Shown one piece after another: positions 38,071-50,267 of a stretch of DNA of 64,000 nt (position 1 is the stretch's first letter; every line of letters begins with the position of its first letter). The stretch covers positions 37,262,001 through 37,326,000 of the forward strand of contig NC_042998.1 in NCBI RefSeq assembly GCF_006345805.1, read 5' to 3'. Source of the stretch: Octopus sinensis. Lineage: Eukaryota. Both the position numbers and the translations under genes were made by a program. The notes under the pieces are model-generated. The model ran no database searches and had not been told where the DNA came from. It saw nothing but the letters and a program-made list of their open reading frames with translations.

Positions 38071-41000
38071 TCATTTGCAAACCTCATATTCCAAACTCGA
38101 ACAACTAATGATACTTGAAGGAACATTAGTAATTTAACATTAAACTAGTTTATAATTAGAAATTATAATGTCTGTTGACTTTTCTGGCATACAACACTGA
38201 GGTAAAACGACTCGGCAACTGATGAATATTTCGTTCACTCTATTTGCTTCTGTGGATGGCCAAATCATATGGACAACACTGTGTTTACAATTCAAAGGTC
38301 ATCAGTAATCCAGAAACGAATGTAAATGAGAACGCCCTGCAAATGTTTTCCATGCATTTGCATAAGAAGGCTGCAGTTCTGTGCAGACGTCTAAAATGAT
38401 GTCTAAATATTATTCGTTTCATCATTACAGATGAAAGGTGCCAAATATGTTTGGGCATGTATTTGGTATGCCATTCAGAATTAATTAATAGCATTCCGGT
38501 ATTTATTGAATCGATACCCCATTGATTTCTATCGATTACCAGATAATTGTAAATCAAATTCCCCCGCGGTCTTATTCGAACATAGTACGCCATTATTAAG
38601 GTAGTACCGTTATGCTAATAATAATTCCTGATAATATCACCACGCTAAAAATCTTGAGATGAATTGTATGTGTATTAAGTAGGAGCCGTTACTTCACCAG
38701 ACTTTTATAGACTCCGAACTATGAAAGTCAGAGACAAACACGGAAGTATCGGAACGTCATGTGATTAGCAATAGTTAATAGATAATATTCAATAAATTAC
38801 TCTAATACATGAAATTATAAAGGGAAAACAAAACGCAATAAAGTAATGTTTCATAAGCATCTCAAAATGAAATTAATTCTCTGCTGAGGTAGGGAAAATC
38901 GATTCGATAACATTGCGTGTGTACAATATTTAATTTATATCTACAAACAATGATTGAGATTTTATACAAATAAATGTGCTGTAGAATTATGGATTATGAA
39001 TATTATGAATTCCTTGTGCAGGAAAATCAACACACTAACCGTTGTCAATGCCAGATTCCATTAAAAATGCTTCAGATAATCCGAGAAATTTACGTTAGTT
39101 ACACTTCTTATTCTCTCTTCTATGAGGTTGCACACACGAACTGATATTGTGAAGAGGCTGTATATTTTAGATTGGAGGGGAATTCTCGCGTATTTAGTTT
39201 ACTGCCTGGGCTGGCAGAATCTTTCGATGTTTGGACACTAAGCCTTGCGCTACTTCTTCCGGTTGTCTCTTGTACAGCGTCGGTAAAAGATATGTGATGC
39301 GCTGGCAGGGTGCAGTACTATTTCAGTTACCAACTAAACGCGTTAACCTGACGACAAGCAAAGTGACACCATATCTAGAGATACCTCTAACATCTTTAAC
39401 ATGCCCATAATTCTGCCACCACCATTTGTATACAGACACTCTTATTCACACACTAAAAGTACACTCTACTGATATGCAGAAGAAATAAATCAAGAGAAAA
39501 GAAACCGTATCAGAGAATAGTTCTCGCGATAATCAGGTACTACTTTACAAATGCATAAGAGGTTCAACATCAAACCAACATGACGAAACCTTGATTAATT
39601 CCAAGTCGATCGCCTCCTTACAATTATTTTCTTTAGCGATCGTTATTGTTATCTTAGTCGTGATCGTTGATACTTTTCCGATCTGGATCCACCTTCGCAC
39701 TTATCTGCGTGCTTGGATTTGATAAATTGCAATGCCTTCATATTCAATGACAAATACGCTCTGCTTCTTATGCGTGTAATATTCTCACACATTTCTCTGG
39801 AAAAGTGGTAAGAGAATATATACAAACATAATGTTATTCAAACTATCTTTAATTATCACGCTTAAATCGATAACTCCTTATATTTATTGTGTTGGATAAT
39901 AGATTATATGGTGAAAAGATTCCAGAAACCCCAAGGTGTTAGTCTTGACAATTTTTAATTTTGTCGGTAACTGAGATGCCTATTATAAAGATATGAATCA
40001 TGTCTATATTTTAAAATCATAATGCATATGAGACAAGACGGTGTGAAGATTCCCTTTCTGCTAAAGAAAAAAAAATCTGTGTAAACTACCGAAAAATAAC
40101 GTCAGCTAGCACCTCTTCAATCAAATACAGGAAATGATATATTAAAGATTTTTTTCCCCAAATGCATAACAGATAATAAATTCTCATAAATTCTCATGTC
40201 TATATTAATAAGGATTTTGGAAAATTAAGCAGGAGGACAGATTATGCTTAGAAAACATAGCTGAATATTCTCCAGCATGTGTAGGCGTTATACACACTCG
40301 TGTGCGGGTACAAGAGTATGTATATAATTACGTGTGTATATATGGTTGTGTATAAAGAAAAACACAAAAAACATACAAACGGAGAGAGAGACAGAGAGGG
40401 AGGGAGAGATGGAGGGAGATATTATATTTAGGATTCACTGGAATCTTGGCGCATAAAAATGTAAGACGCCCAAAGTTACTAGCTACCAGGACATAAGTTT
40501 CACATTAAGATAAACGACCATGAGATAACCTTGTGATGGTAGTATCCCGCAGGTTTGCAGATCTGTAAGTACCAAATTCAATTTCAATCGTAGATTCGAC
40601 TCAAGGCTGTTTCCAAGTGCGGCGTAGGTATTATCAGGAGGCAAATGGAGTTTAAAATTACTACAGCTATTTCTGTAGGAATTTATTAAAGTATTCTAAG
40701 ATTAGATCGTATCCTATAGCTGTTATTTTCGCGCATAATTTTGAACAGGTATAAACAGCAAGGTAAAAATATTTATGATGATCTATCCAACGAACAACGT
40801 CACGTCGGTGTAAGAACTCACTCGTTCAAACTAAATTTATCAGTAAATTAGAATAAGAATCACAGATGAAAGAAGTATATTAAAGACACACTCTGTTGCG
40901 TAAAAGGCACCGTCTCCATGAGAATCGATGTAATTAATAATTAGTAACCAATGGATTTGCCATTATCTGTATTTATATACACGCATACTTTCGTATTCAC

Positions 41001-41664
41001 TCACCTTGGTACAAATACACAAACACACAAAGATATATAGCTATAAATATATATGCATAAACACTTGCATATACATTCAAAAATACATATGATTTTGTGC
41101 AAATAAATACACATACATACGAATAAACAATAATGCACACACGCATATACTTCTATATATTTAATGCAGGTTTACGGTAGTTCTCTATACACAGACAAGT
41201 ATACGTATATCTTTGAATAACTGTGTGTGTATTTATTAGTGCATATGTACAGATGTATTTCAATCCATCATTTTATTTAATTTATTTCTTGTTACCTCCT
41301 TTTATGCTGAAAATATCTGACTTGAATATCTCTTTACATAAGAACAAAATTTTACAAGTAGGAAGAGTGTCTTATTTCACTGTCATAAATTTTTGATCTA
41401 TGAATTTTAAGTAATGTTCCCGCGATGACTGAGATTCTATACCAATGCGTGGCATCCTTTTACCGAGCAAGGCTTCACAGTGAAATACGTTAGCGAATAA
41501 TTAATAGAAGGAAGTAATTGAATTTCTCATATTGTGTTCCAGTAATTCTACAGAAGAATAATACCAAAATTAATGTAAGAATACACAGAAGTTCGGTTAT
41601 TCCTTGCGCGAAATATATATATATATATATATATATATACCTATATATATATATATATATACCT

Positions 41665-41696
<32 letters not shown>

Positions 41697-42641
41697 GTAT
41701 GCAGTTATGTATGTATGTTTGATTATATGAATTTGGGTTAGTTAAAACATGTTTGTGGAATATTTCAACTTCTAAATTCACTGCAGTAGCCGTGGAGGAA
41801 GAATTCTCTCCTTTGGTAAAAGTTGTAAAATTCTCACCCAGTGCTTCCTTCTAGCGAAATTTTAAGCAAGTTCTTCTCGTTGCTGAACCTTCTTCACCTA
41901 AGGCCATACATAAATTAATAGCACCGCCTGGAAAAGACATTTAATGATGCTTCATATTATAGTCATTCTTTGGGAATCATAGCTCATTCGAGTGAAGTAT
42001 TATTGTTTGTCGAGATGTGTCCGGTTGTAGGAGATTTATTTTTTTTAATTTCTTGGAGGTAAGATCATGTGAAATGGTTTTGTCTTAGTGTTGTGATTTG
42101 ATGCGAAAATTATTTTGCAGAGTACGGATGGTACAGGGACAGAGAGTTTGGAGAATTTTAAAGTTGATGGTAATATCATTCAAGCAATGCATTTAGAATA
42201 TTTCGCATAGCATACAAATGATACAGCACTGGCAGAGGCACTGGAGGCAATATGGTTTGAGTTTCTTGAGACGATAACAATAACCAATACACACACACAC
42301 ACATACATACATACACACCCACAATCACACAATCACACACACTAGCGCACATGTATATACCTTTCTCTATGTATACGCAGGCGTATGTATGTATAACGTC
42401 CTAGAAGTGTAGTAATACGGGGTATTTTCAATGCAGCACGCAAGCCGAGCTTTAGGCTATCAACACTCATGAAGTTTAGCTTTAAACGAGGTAAGTATTT
42501 CAGGTGTAGAGAATTCAGGTGTCACATCGGTAAAACCAATGTAAGAGCGTAGTGAATAGTAAAATATAATCCATATAAGAAGACAGAGGAAGTGTTTATC
42601 ACAAATTTTATGGCCAGTTGCATCCGTTTCCGAACTATTTT

Positions 42642-42690
<49 letters not shown>

Positions 42691-42694
<4 letters not shown>

Positions 42695-43268
42695 TTTATA
42701 ATTAAGGTCCAGCAAAGATTTGCTTCACCACATACCGAAGTTTAGAAATAGCAGTCAAAAAATCTTAGCTATTCCTTCTACTCTCATTCGTATTTTGAAT
42801 TGAATTTGGCGGCACTAGCACTGAATATGATCTCTCTGATACCGTTAGGTGGAGAGATATTTTCCAGTACCTTCGAATTTAATATTTAATAATTAATATT
42901 TGAGGAATCCCACGCTGATGAGCCGAAAATGGTCGGGTAAGGTATAATTATTTATTCTTTATACCGATCTAATTCCGAAACGCGCGTACGTGGGTAACCT
43001 AATATCGATTTTCGTTATTTTTCCCTTTTGCCTGCGTGGATTGTTTTCAAGTACTTTGGTTTTTCTGGGAGCCCCTTTTAAAGTAGAAGGAATAGCTAAG
43101 ATTTTTTGACTGCCATTTCTAAACTTCGGTATGTGGTGAAGCAAATCTTTGCTGAACCCTAGTTATAAAGTATTACTTAAGCTTACCATGAAATGGTCTT
43201 TTTCATGCCGAATTCTACTTGGTGAAATTACTGATTACTTCTTAATTAATTGATTCTAGCCTTTGTTA
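42691..43268. mobile_element. Foldback element (91-bp inverted arms 42692-42782 / 43082-43172) embedded in (TA)n, enclosing a hammerhead ribozyme; probably Penelope-derived
   Basis: Seen: the arms match at 87/91 nt, with (TA)n on both sides (42646-42690 and 43270-43324). Penelope origin is inference. Confidence 0.8.
42896..43005 (+). ncRNA. Type I hammerhead ribozyme with intact core and long stem II
   Basis: Seen: stem I CCCACG (42909-14) / CGTGGG (42989-94), extended by AGG/CCT and ATATT/AATAT; core CTGATGA (42915-21); G10.1...C11.1 spanning 55 nt; GAAA (42977-80); stem III C-GCGC-G with a palindromic loop; GUA cleavage triplet ending at 42988. Confidence 0.85.
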
Positions 43269-43324
<56 letters not shown>

Positions 43325-43327
<3 letters not shown>

Positions 43328-43780
43328 CGCAGGCGTGGCTGTATGATAAGAAGCTTGCTTCCCAACCACATGATACTGGGTCCAGTCCCACTGCATTCCG
43401 CCCTTGAAAAGTGTCTCCTACTGTAGCTTCGGGCCGATCAAAGCCTTATGAGTGGATTTGGTAGACGGAAACTGTAGGAAGCCCGTTGCATATGTATATA
43501 TATATATATATATTGGTGTATGAGTATCTGTGCTTGTCCGCACAACATTGCTTGACAACCGATGCTGGTGTGTTGCCCCCCTCCCGTAACCTACCGGTTC
43601 AGCAAACGAGATGAATAGAATAAGTACCAGACTTACAAAGAATAAATCCTGGGGTCGATTTCTTCGACTAGGCTTTGATCGGCCCGAGGCTATAGTACAA
43701 GACACTTGCCCAAGGTGCTGCGCAGTGGGACTGAACTCAGAACCATGTGGTTGGGAAACAAGCTCCTTACCACACAACCA
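43325..43780. mobile_element. SINE family A (+, 3'-truncated) fused tail-to-tail with an inverted A head (43670-43780, -)
   Basis: Seen: the + copy stops at GGGGTCGATTTCTTCGACT and is followed directly by AGGCTTTGATCGGCCCGAGG...CTTACCACACAACC, the reverse complement of the first about 110 nt. Confidence 0.88.
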
Positions 43781-44204
43781 AAAGCTTTGAAAATATTTTG
43801 TTCAAAAGTTAGAGTAAACCAATATTGAAAAGACCAATTTATGAATTGCACTGAATGCAATAAATTTTGTCTCTAGATATTTACTAAATCCAGACGAAGT
43901 ATTATAAACAGTAGATCCGAATAAGCGAAGATAAAGAAGAAATATTAGTATTCAAATTATGATAGTTAAATGAAGATAAAGAAAATTAAAAGAAAAAAAT
44001 CAAGTATGCTTCACCTGTAGACAATGTTGGATAGTTGTAGCTACTGAGGACAAAAGAAATAAGAGAAAAAACAAGATCATTGCAACCCAAGAATTCCATA
44101 GCGAATGGAAAACACCGTCCTTGTGCATATCTATAAGAAAACCTATTAGAAGCTTCTGATAAAAAAACGTCAATAATAATAATAATAATAATAATATAAT
44201 AGTA

Positions 44205-44646
44205 ATCCTTTCTGCTATAGTCACAAAGCCTGGAATTTAGGGAGCGGGGGCAGTCGATTACATCGATCCCAGTAGGCAACTGTTACTTAATTTATCGACC
44301 CGAAAGGATGAAAGGCAAAGTCAAACTCAGAACATAGCGAAGGGCGAAATACCGCTAAGCATTTCGTCCAGCTCGCTAACAATTCTGCCTGCTCGCCTCC
44401 TAATAACAATAATAACAATAATAATAATGATGATGATGATTTCAAATTTTTGCCACAAATTAGCTTGAGGGAGGTAATTAAGGCGATTTCATGGACCCCA
44501 GTGTTCACCTAGTACTTATTTTATCGATCCCGAAAAGATAAAAGGCAAAGTCGATCTCGGCGGAATTTGAACTCAGAATGTAGTGGCAGACGATAAACCG
44601 CTTAGCATTTCGCCCGGCGTGCTAACGATTCTGCCAGCTCGCCGTC
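44205..44646 (-). mobile_element. Two tandem SINE family B copies separated by (TAA)/(TGA)n
   Basis: Seen: two reverse-complemented units (44205-44400 and 44440-44646), each preceded on + by (TAA)n-like tracts. Confidence 0.85.
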
Positions 44647-45494
44647 TTATATTTTACACCAGTGTCATGCGCTGATGGCATGCGTTGATGGCATGCGCTG
44701 CTCTCTCACTCAAAATAATTATAATGATAATAATCATATTATGACTAAATGTGCGGCGCAGAACGACTCCACTGAGAATTATAATGGAATTCTTAACAGT
44801 AAGAAATTTGTCCACAGAAATAAATATGAAGCTAAGCAAACTCTCCGATGCATGTGTTTATTCTGATATCGATATCTTATCGAAATCAAAGACTATCAAA
44901 AGCAGGAAGACAACTTTTACACAGCATAAAGTACTAACTTCCGTACTGGTAATATCAGCCATTCTCAAGATATTCTCAGTAATTCTTAAGGAAAAATTTT
45001 ACATCTCGCCTTACTACCAAATTTTAACTCTTCACTGCAAAAATTTCTCGATTATTATCCTAAAAGTAACCACTGTTGTAACAGTGTCTAATACGTGTAT
45101 ACCTTATATGAAGTGACTTAGTCTACGATCAAACTCAGCTTGATTATCTCCAACAGCAGTTCTCAGTCCTAGCGCCCAGTACGGTATGCGACCCATAAGC
45201 GTCTTTCCAGTGACCCCCGGCGGTCTTCCCTCTAAAGATATAATATTCTTTTTTCCAACTGACTTCTGTTTTACATTTTCAGATGCGGCCCTTAACAAAT
45301 CCAGGTTTTTGTTCTGTACAGATATTATCAAGGCGGTAAATAAATGTAATAACGCTCTTCACGTTAATATTTACTACGAAGCTAATTTAATATGAGCAAA
45401 CAGCCTCCGATTCACCACTATAATTCACTATTTAAATTATTTACATTTGACGGATATTTGTCTTCACCTTTTTTGTTTTCGGCTGCTATACTCG

Positions 45495-45738
45495 TTAAGT
45501 GTCTTGGGGAAATTTCGAACCTGGGTTCTCATTCCTAAGGTATTTCTCCGATTTCATTATTACTATTATTATTCAGGCCACTTCCTGTAATTGAACTCCG
45601 AATCTTAGGGTTAGTAGCCCGCGCTCTTAACCACTACGCCATATGCCCGTGGGCTTATGGCGTAGTGGTTAAGAGCTCGGGCTACTACTCCAAGATTCCG
45701 AGTTCAATTACAGGAAGTGGCCTTAATAATAATAATAA

Positions 45739-45769
<31 letters not shown>

Positions 45770-45848
45770 AAGAAGAAGAAGAAGAAGAAGAAGAAGAAGA
45801 ATGACATCGAAAAATACCTTAGGTTCGAAATTTCCCCAAGACACTTAA
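45495..45848. mobile_element. Head-to-head palindrome of a tRNA-headed element
   Basis: Seen: centre ...CCATATGCCC-GT-GGGCTTATGG... at 45648/45651. Both arms read GGGC(A/T)TATGGCGTAGTGGTTAAGAGC...GAGTTCAATTACAGGAAGTGGCC-(AAT)n-...ATACCTTAG...GTTCGAAATTTCCCCAAGACACTTAA. Confidence 0.88.
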
Positions 45849-46064
45849 TGAAAGATGGAGGGTAAAAATAGCATTTATATGTGGAGAACCTGTGTAATTG
45901 AAGGCTATGAAAAGGAAGAATGAAAATAAATTTCATTGAATGTATTATAAGTTTAGGTGTTGTTTTAAATATTACACAATATGTAAACAAAAATGATAAA
46001 GATAATTAAAATAAAGGGTGCATAGAATAGTGCCCACTAAAGTATATTACGTCACTTAAATATA

Positions 46065-46265
46065 TTGTTTCTAATTTTGGCACGAAGCCAGTCATTTTAG
46101 GGTCGATGTCATCGGCCTTGGGATTGACTGAAATTTATTTTGTCGACCTCGAAAGGATGAAATGCCAAGTTGATCTCAGCGGAACTGGAACTCAGATCGT
46201 AAGCAATAGAATAAAATGGCACTACGTATTGTTGTTCTTCGAGCTAATGAGTCTTCCAGGTTGTT
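46065..46265 (-). mobile_element. SINE family B, degenerate
   Basis: Seen: TCGACCTCGAAAGGATGAAATGCCAAGTTGATCTCAGCGGAACTGGAACTCAG. Confidence 0.7.
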
Positions 46266-47396
46266 GCGTTTCTTAAATACTGAAAAAATGTTAATGAAAA
46301 CTTTATATTAATATTATAAGTTTATCTTGGAATATAATACACATTTTAAGTGTAGTTCTACAGTAGTAATTCCGTTTCGGATGATTTTGATTAACATATT
46401 AATCATGTTTATAATTGATGTGCTTTTTCAATCTAAATCAACGTACGTCTAATGCTATACTGTACTAAACATCTTACGTTGGTATTGCAGCTAATTACAC
46501 AGTTACAGATCATTCAAGTACGTGTGTCTCTATGTAAAACCTACTTGAAAATGATTACGATAAATACAAACTCAATAATCTTAATTTGAAGCAACGTTTA
46601 CATAACATGATTCTATACACTTAAAAAACCGCTCAATATTATTAGCTTTACTTATCCGTTGAGTTGTACGATCGTCAGGTCAATTAGTCTAGCTTAATTA
46701 TTACTATGTTATCTAATTTATATTATCTAACTCTTATGGACTTATAGAAATATTCATTGCTTATGAGCATTATGATGAGCATTCATCTGAAAGTTGATAT
46801 AATCTGCTGCGCAGTGTATGTATTATAGGGTTTTATTTCAGATCAATTAGATTTATGACTTGTAATGGTAAAAAAAATAAGACCCGATTAATTTTAATAT
46901 ATAAATAACCACAACCCGGCTATCTTGTACCACGCTTCAATTAATTGTTTCAAGGGGCTATGTAATTGCATTGCGGTAGAAAATTTATTTCGGACATCAT
47001 ATCCTTAACTCGCCAGATCGGCGAAGTTTGGAGGCTCGAGAGAGAAAGGCCTGCACAAGCATTCGGCTGGTACCTATTTTCTGATGAGCAAACACGAGCA
47101 ACGTGAAATAACATGCTTCCGTCAAGAACACAACATACCCTACGATCCACGTAGCCATCACACAAAATTATGATCGGAAGCACAACTCACCACCAGTAGG
47201 ACGCACGCCTTTACAATTTTAGTACATATTGCTTTAAAAATTTGCAAGGGTGACAGCTGTTCAATTTTCAGTGTATGAAAAATAAAATGCAGATATGACA
47301 TGGAAAATTTTAAATTTTCATATCCATGGCAACATCTTCAGACAGCTTTAGGTCTCATTAGACACCATCAATGAAGTTTAATTACCTCCCTTCATG

Positions 47397-47431
<35 letters not shown>

Positions 47432-47476
47432 AAAAAAGTCAAGATAGAAAATGCTAAAATAATTTTATAAAAAACA

Positions 47477-47518
47477 TTTCAGTACCGGTTTCAGCCACTC
47501 AGACTTTTTCAACTGAAA
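47477..47518 (-). ncRNA. Decayed hammerhead ribozyme next to (TA)n
   Basis: Seen on minus: stem I TTTCAG/CTGAAA (6 bp), core TTGAAAA (2 changes from CTGANGA), stem II AGTC/GGCT, GAAA, palindromic CCGG, TA. Confidence 0.6.
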
Positions 47519-47746
47519 GTATGGGAAACAATTAAATTTTGGAAAAATTAAAAGAAAAGTATTTTTAAAAGAATATTTGCATAGTGTTCAAATACAAGTG
47601 GCATTTTTCTTGTTTCTGCCTGTCTCTGTCTCTCTCTCTCTCTCTTGTTTACTCGTGGGTTCGACGCCGTTGTGAATTGTGAATTCTTGGTAGGGAAGAA
47701 GAAGAAGAGAAGAAGAAGAAGAAGAAGAAAGAGAAGGGAGAATAAG

Positions 47747-48030
47747 TAGGAATGTTGTTTGTTCCTTCTCGAGCCACGCCTGGCTCATAAGCGCCGGTTT
47801 CCCCGTTTCCTTGGCGTATAGGTTCCCCACCTGGATGGGACGCCTGTCCGTCGCAGGTGAGCTGCAAGATGCAGGAGAAAAGAGAAAGTTGTGGTGAAAG
47901 AGTCAGCAGAAGTTCGCCATTACCTTCTGCCGGAGCCACATAGGGCTTAGGTGTTTCGCTCATAAACACACATCGCCCGGTCTGAGATTCGAACACGCGA
48001 TCCCTCGACCACGAGTCCGCTGTGCCTCTA
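47747..48030 (-). mobile_element. SINE family C with an alternative 3' module
   Basis: Seen: head and body match 25206-25380 (GCGGACTCG..GTCG..GGATCGCG.GTTCGAATCTCAGAC, GAGCGAAACACCTAAG, CACAACTTTCTCT). The tail is CCTGCGACGGACAGGCGTCCCATCCAGG... Confidence 0.85.
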
Positions 48031-48089
48031 CAAGAAGAGATGTAGATAGTATGAATGTAATAAGGTGTTAAATGGTCGAGTCTTGGGAA

Positions 48090-48990
48090 TCTCTTGAGTG
48101 TATCATTTTTAATATTTACGTGTGTGTTTGTGTTATCCTAAGGCCGTGGTGGATATGTCGTTTGTTGTAAACGTATTCTAAAGGTGTCTGTATTTTGTAA
48201 TAAAAAGAGTCTTTACTAATTCGTTGGCTACAGGTTGTATCGTCCCTGAATTGGAAGAGGGAAAACTTCTGAGGCTTGGATTTTTGTTGTTGGCGTAAAT
48301 GTCGATGTGTTGGCTGAATGCTATTTTTCTGTTTTGGGGAATTTTGATCTGGGATGTGTGCAGAGCCATTCTTTTACGTAGACTGTTTTTTATTTGGCCT
48401 ACGTATTGCTCTTGACGCCAAGAGCAGGTTAGAGCGTATATCAGATTCTCCGAAGTACATGTGAAGTTCTTTTCACTGTGAAACGTTGTCTCTGTTTGAA
48501 GGAGAACTCTGATCCCTCAATTAAAATGACGTATATCCCACATTGCATCTTCCGAATTTTTTTTTACTGACGACTTCTGTGTTGTTGTTGAGCATATTTG
48601 GGCTTGTGTCAGGAGACTTTTCATAGATTTGGTCTGTCTGTTGCTTCTTATGATGGTGTGTGTTTTGAGGATTGTTCATTCTGTGGTCCTTTTTTAGCAG
48701 GGGTATGTTTTGAAGGATGGTGTCGAAGGCTTCATTGTTGAGAGTGTTCCGTGGGCTTATAGTATATATCTGTGTCTATTACGTTGCTAAATTTCTTAAT
48801 GAGGATGTCGAGGAAGGGAAGTTGTTGATGGCTATATTCCATTGTGAATCGAATGTTTACGTCAAGTCCATTTATAAGAGCTTGGAATTCTTTACGTTTC
48901 TCTATATTTTCATGCGAAAGAATGAAACAGTCATCCAGGTATATCTTTCGTTTTTTTTCTATGTAGAGGGAGAATGGGCTGCCGCATTTT
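48090..48990 (-). mobile_element. Penelope-like element fragment: RT core, internal deletion, GIY-YIG endonuclease
   Basis: Seen: KIYLDDCFIL...IRFTMEY...LPFLDILIK...TDIYYKPT (RT) and FTCTSENLIYALTC...QYVGQIKNSLRKRMALH (GIY-YIG). The RT + GIY-YIG pairing defines Penelope-like elements (established knowledge). Confidence 0.9.
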
Positions 48991-49029
48991 TCTAGAACCT
49001 TACTTTAAAGACTAATTTCTAGATACCCC

Positions 49030-49680
49030 ATGACTAGGTTAGCAAAGGAGGCAGTGTAATGGTATGGAAAATGATCTCTGCTGCTGGATCTGGTCCACTT
49101 ATTCGCCTACAAAAGAATATCAATGCTGAAATATACAAGCAAACTCTTCAACAGCATCTCCGATCTTTTTCAATTCAACCTCCTGTGATCGTGCAGACAA
49201 CGCTTCCTGTCACACTGCGAAGAGAGTCAAAGATTTTGTGAGTGACGATCAGGTTGATCTCATAGATTGGCCGACTCAGAGTCTCCATCTGAACCCTTAT
49301 AGAAAACGTTTGGTATATTATTGGAGATGGGGCTCGAAGGAGAAATCCAAATAACTAAGATGAAATCTGGTGATTATTGAAAAACGAATGGGACAATATT
49401 ACGAATGGAACAATATTACATCATTTTGCAAGAAATCAATTCAGTCCTGTGATAACAGATATCACGAGGTTGTTGATGGTAAAGAGATGTTCACAAAATA
49501 TTAAAATTAAGGGTTTCTTTTTTGTTCTTGTTCCACTTTTCATTGTTTTTCTATGTGACCCTTTTGGCCGCTGCAGTTTAGGAGGTTATTTGTTTATTTC
49601 CTCATAACTTGCAAAATCTTTATTCCGTCCACTTGAACTTTTCACGAAACATAGATATTAGATATTTCTAAATATGTGTA
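49030..49680 (+). mobile_element. Tc1-family DNA transposon remnant (DD34E transposase C-terminal part)
   Basis: Seen across two frameshifts: GGSVMVW...GPLIRL...INAEIYK, QDNASCHTAKRVKDF, DWPTQSLHLNP-IENVW, LKNEWDNI. The right boundary is approximate. Confidence 0.85.
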
Positions 49681-50081
49681 GAACATCTAGTCTCAACGTT
49701 TTGTTAATCTTCTATAATAAATATTTCAACCCACTTGTTCTTACTGAATGTTATATTATGGCAACCCCTGTATTGCGTTTATATTGCACCTAGCTGTTTA
49801 TGTTAATTCATATGTGTGTGTGTGTGTGTATTATTTTGGCCACTAGTCATTTCCCCAACTTTAGTCAACACACAAGACAGCTATTATGCTCTCTCCAACA
49901 AAAAAAAAACACCACGTGGATTCTGTTGAGACTAGTAAGAAACAATTATGAACTTTTTTATTACACTTAACTTTTTAAAATATTTTGATAAGCTTCGTTT
50001 TTTTCAAGAAGAACTGAAAGGTAAAATTTCTAAGAAAATTAAAATTTATCTTAGTGGAATTTTCAAACTTCTTTTTTATAA

Positions 50082-50116
<35 letters not shown>

Positions 50117-50267
50117 TATACACATGTGTGTGCGTTTGGATTCAGTTGTCCTTAATTGTGACTGAGGGTACCGTGTAGTATCTATATTGCTAGAAATAAG
50201 AGCTAAGAATCCTTAGAACCGTAAGAAAGCACATTTTCATATACTGACCACACTGAGTTGGATATCT

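Noticed and set aside
41780-41990. Possible mariner N-terminal remnant on minus (INLCMALGEEGSATRRTC)
   Set aside because: Only a short, stop-interrupted resemblance, with no TIR or catalytic region nearby.
45651-45725. Bona fide tRNA gene (likewise other SINE heads such as 25206-25275 and 36301-36370)
   Set aside because: A/B boxes are present, but I could not form a full cloverleaf with acceptor stem, and each continues into repeat body sequence. tRNAscan-SE would settle it.
47060-47115. CTGATGA...GAAA hammerhead candidate on +
   Set aside because: No stem II adjacent to both core segments, and no stem I or stem III/UH.
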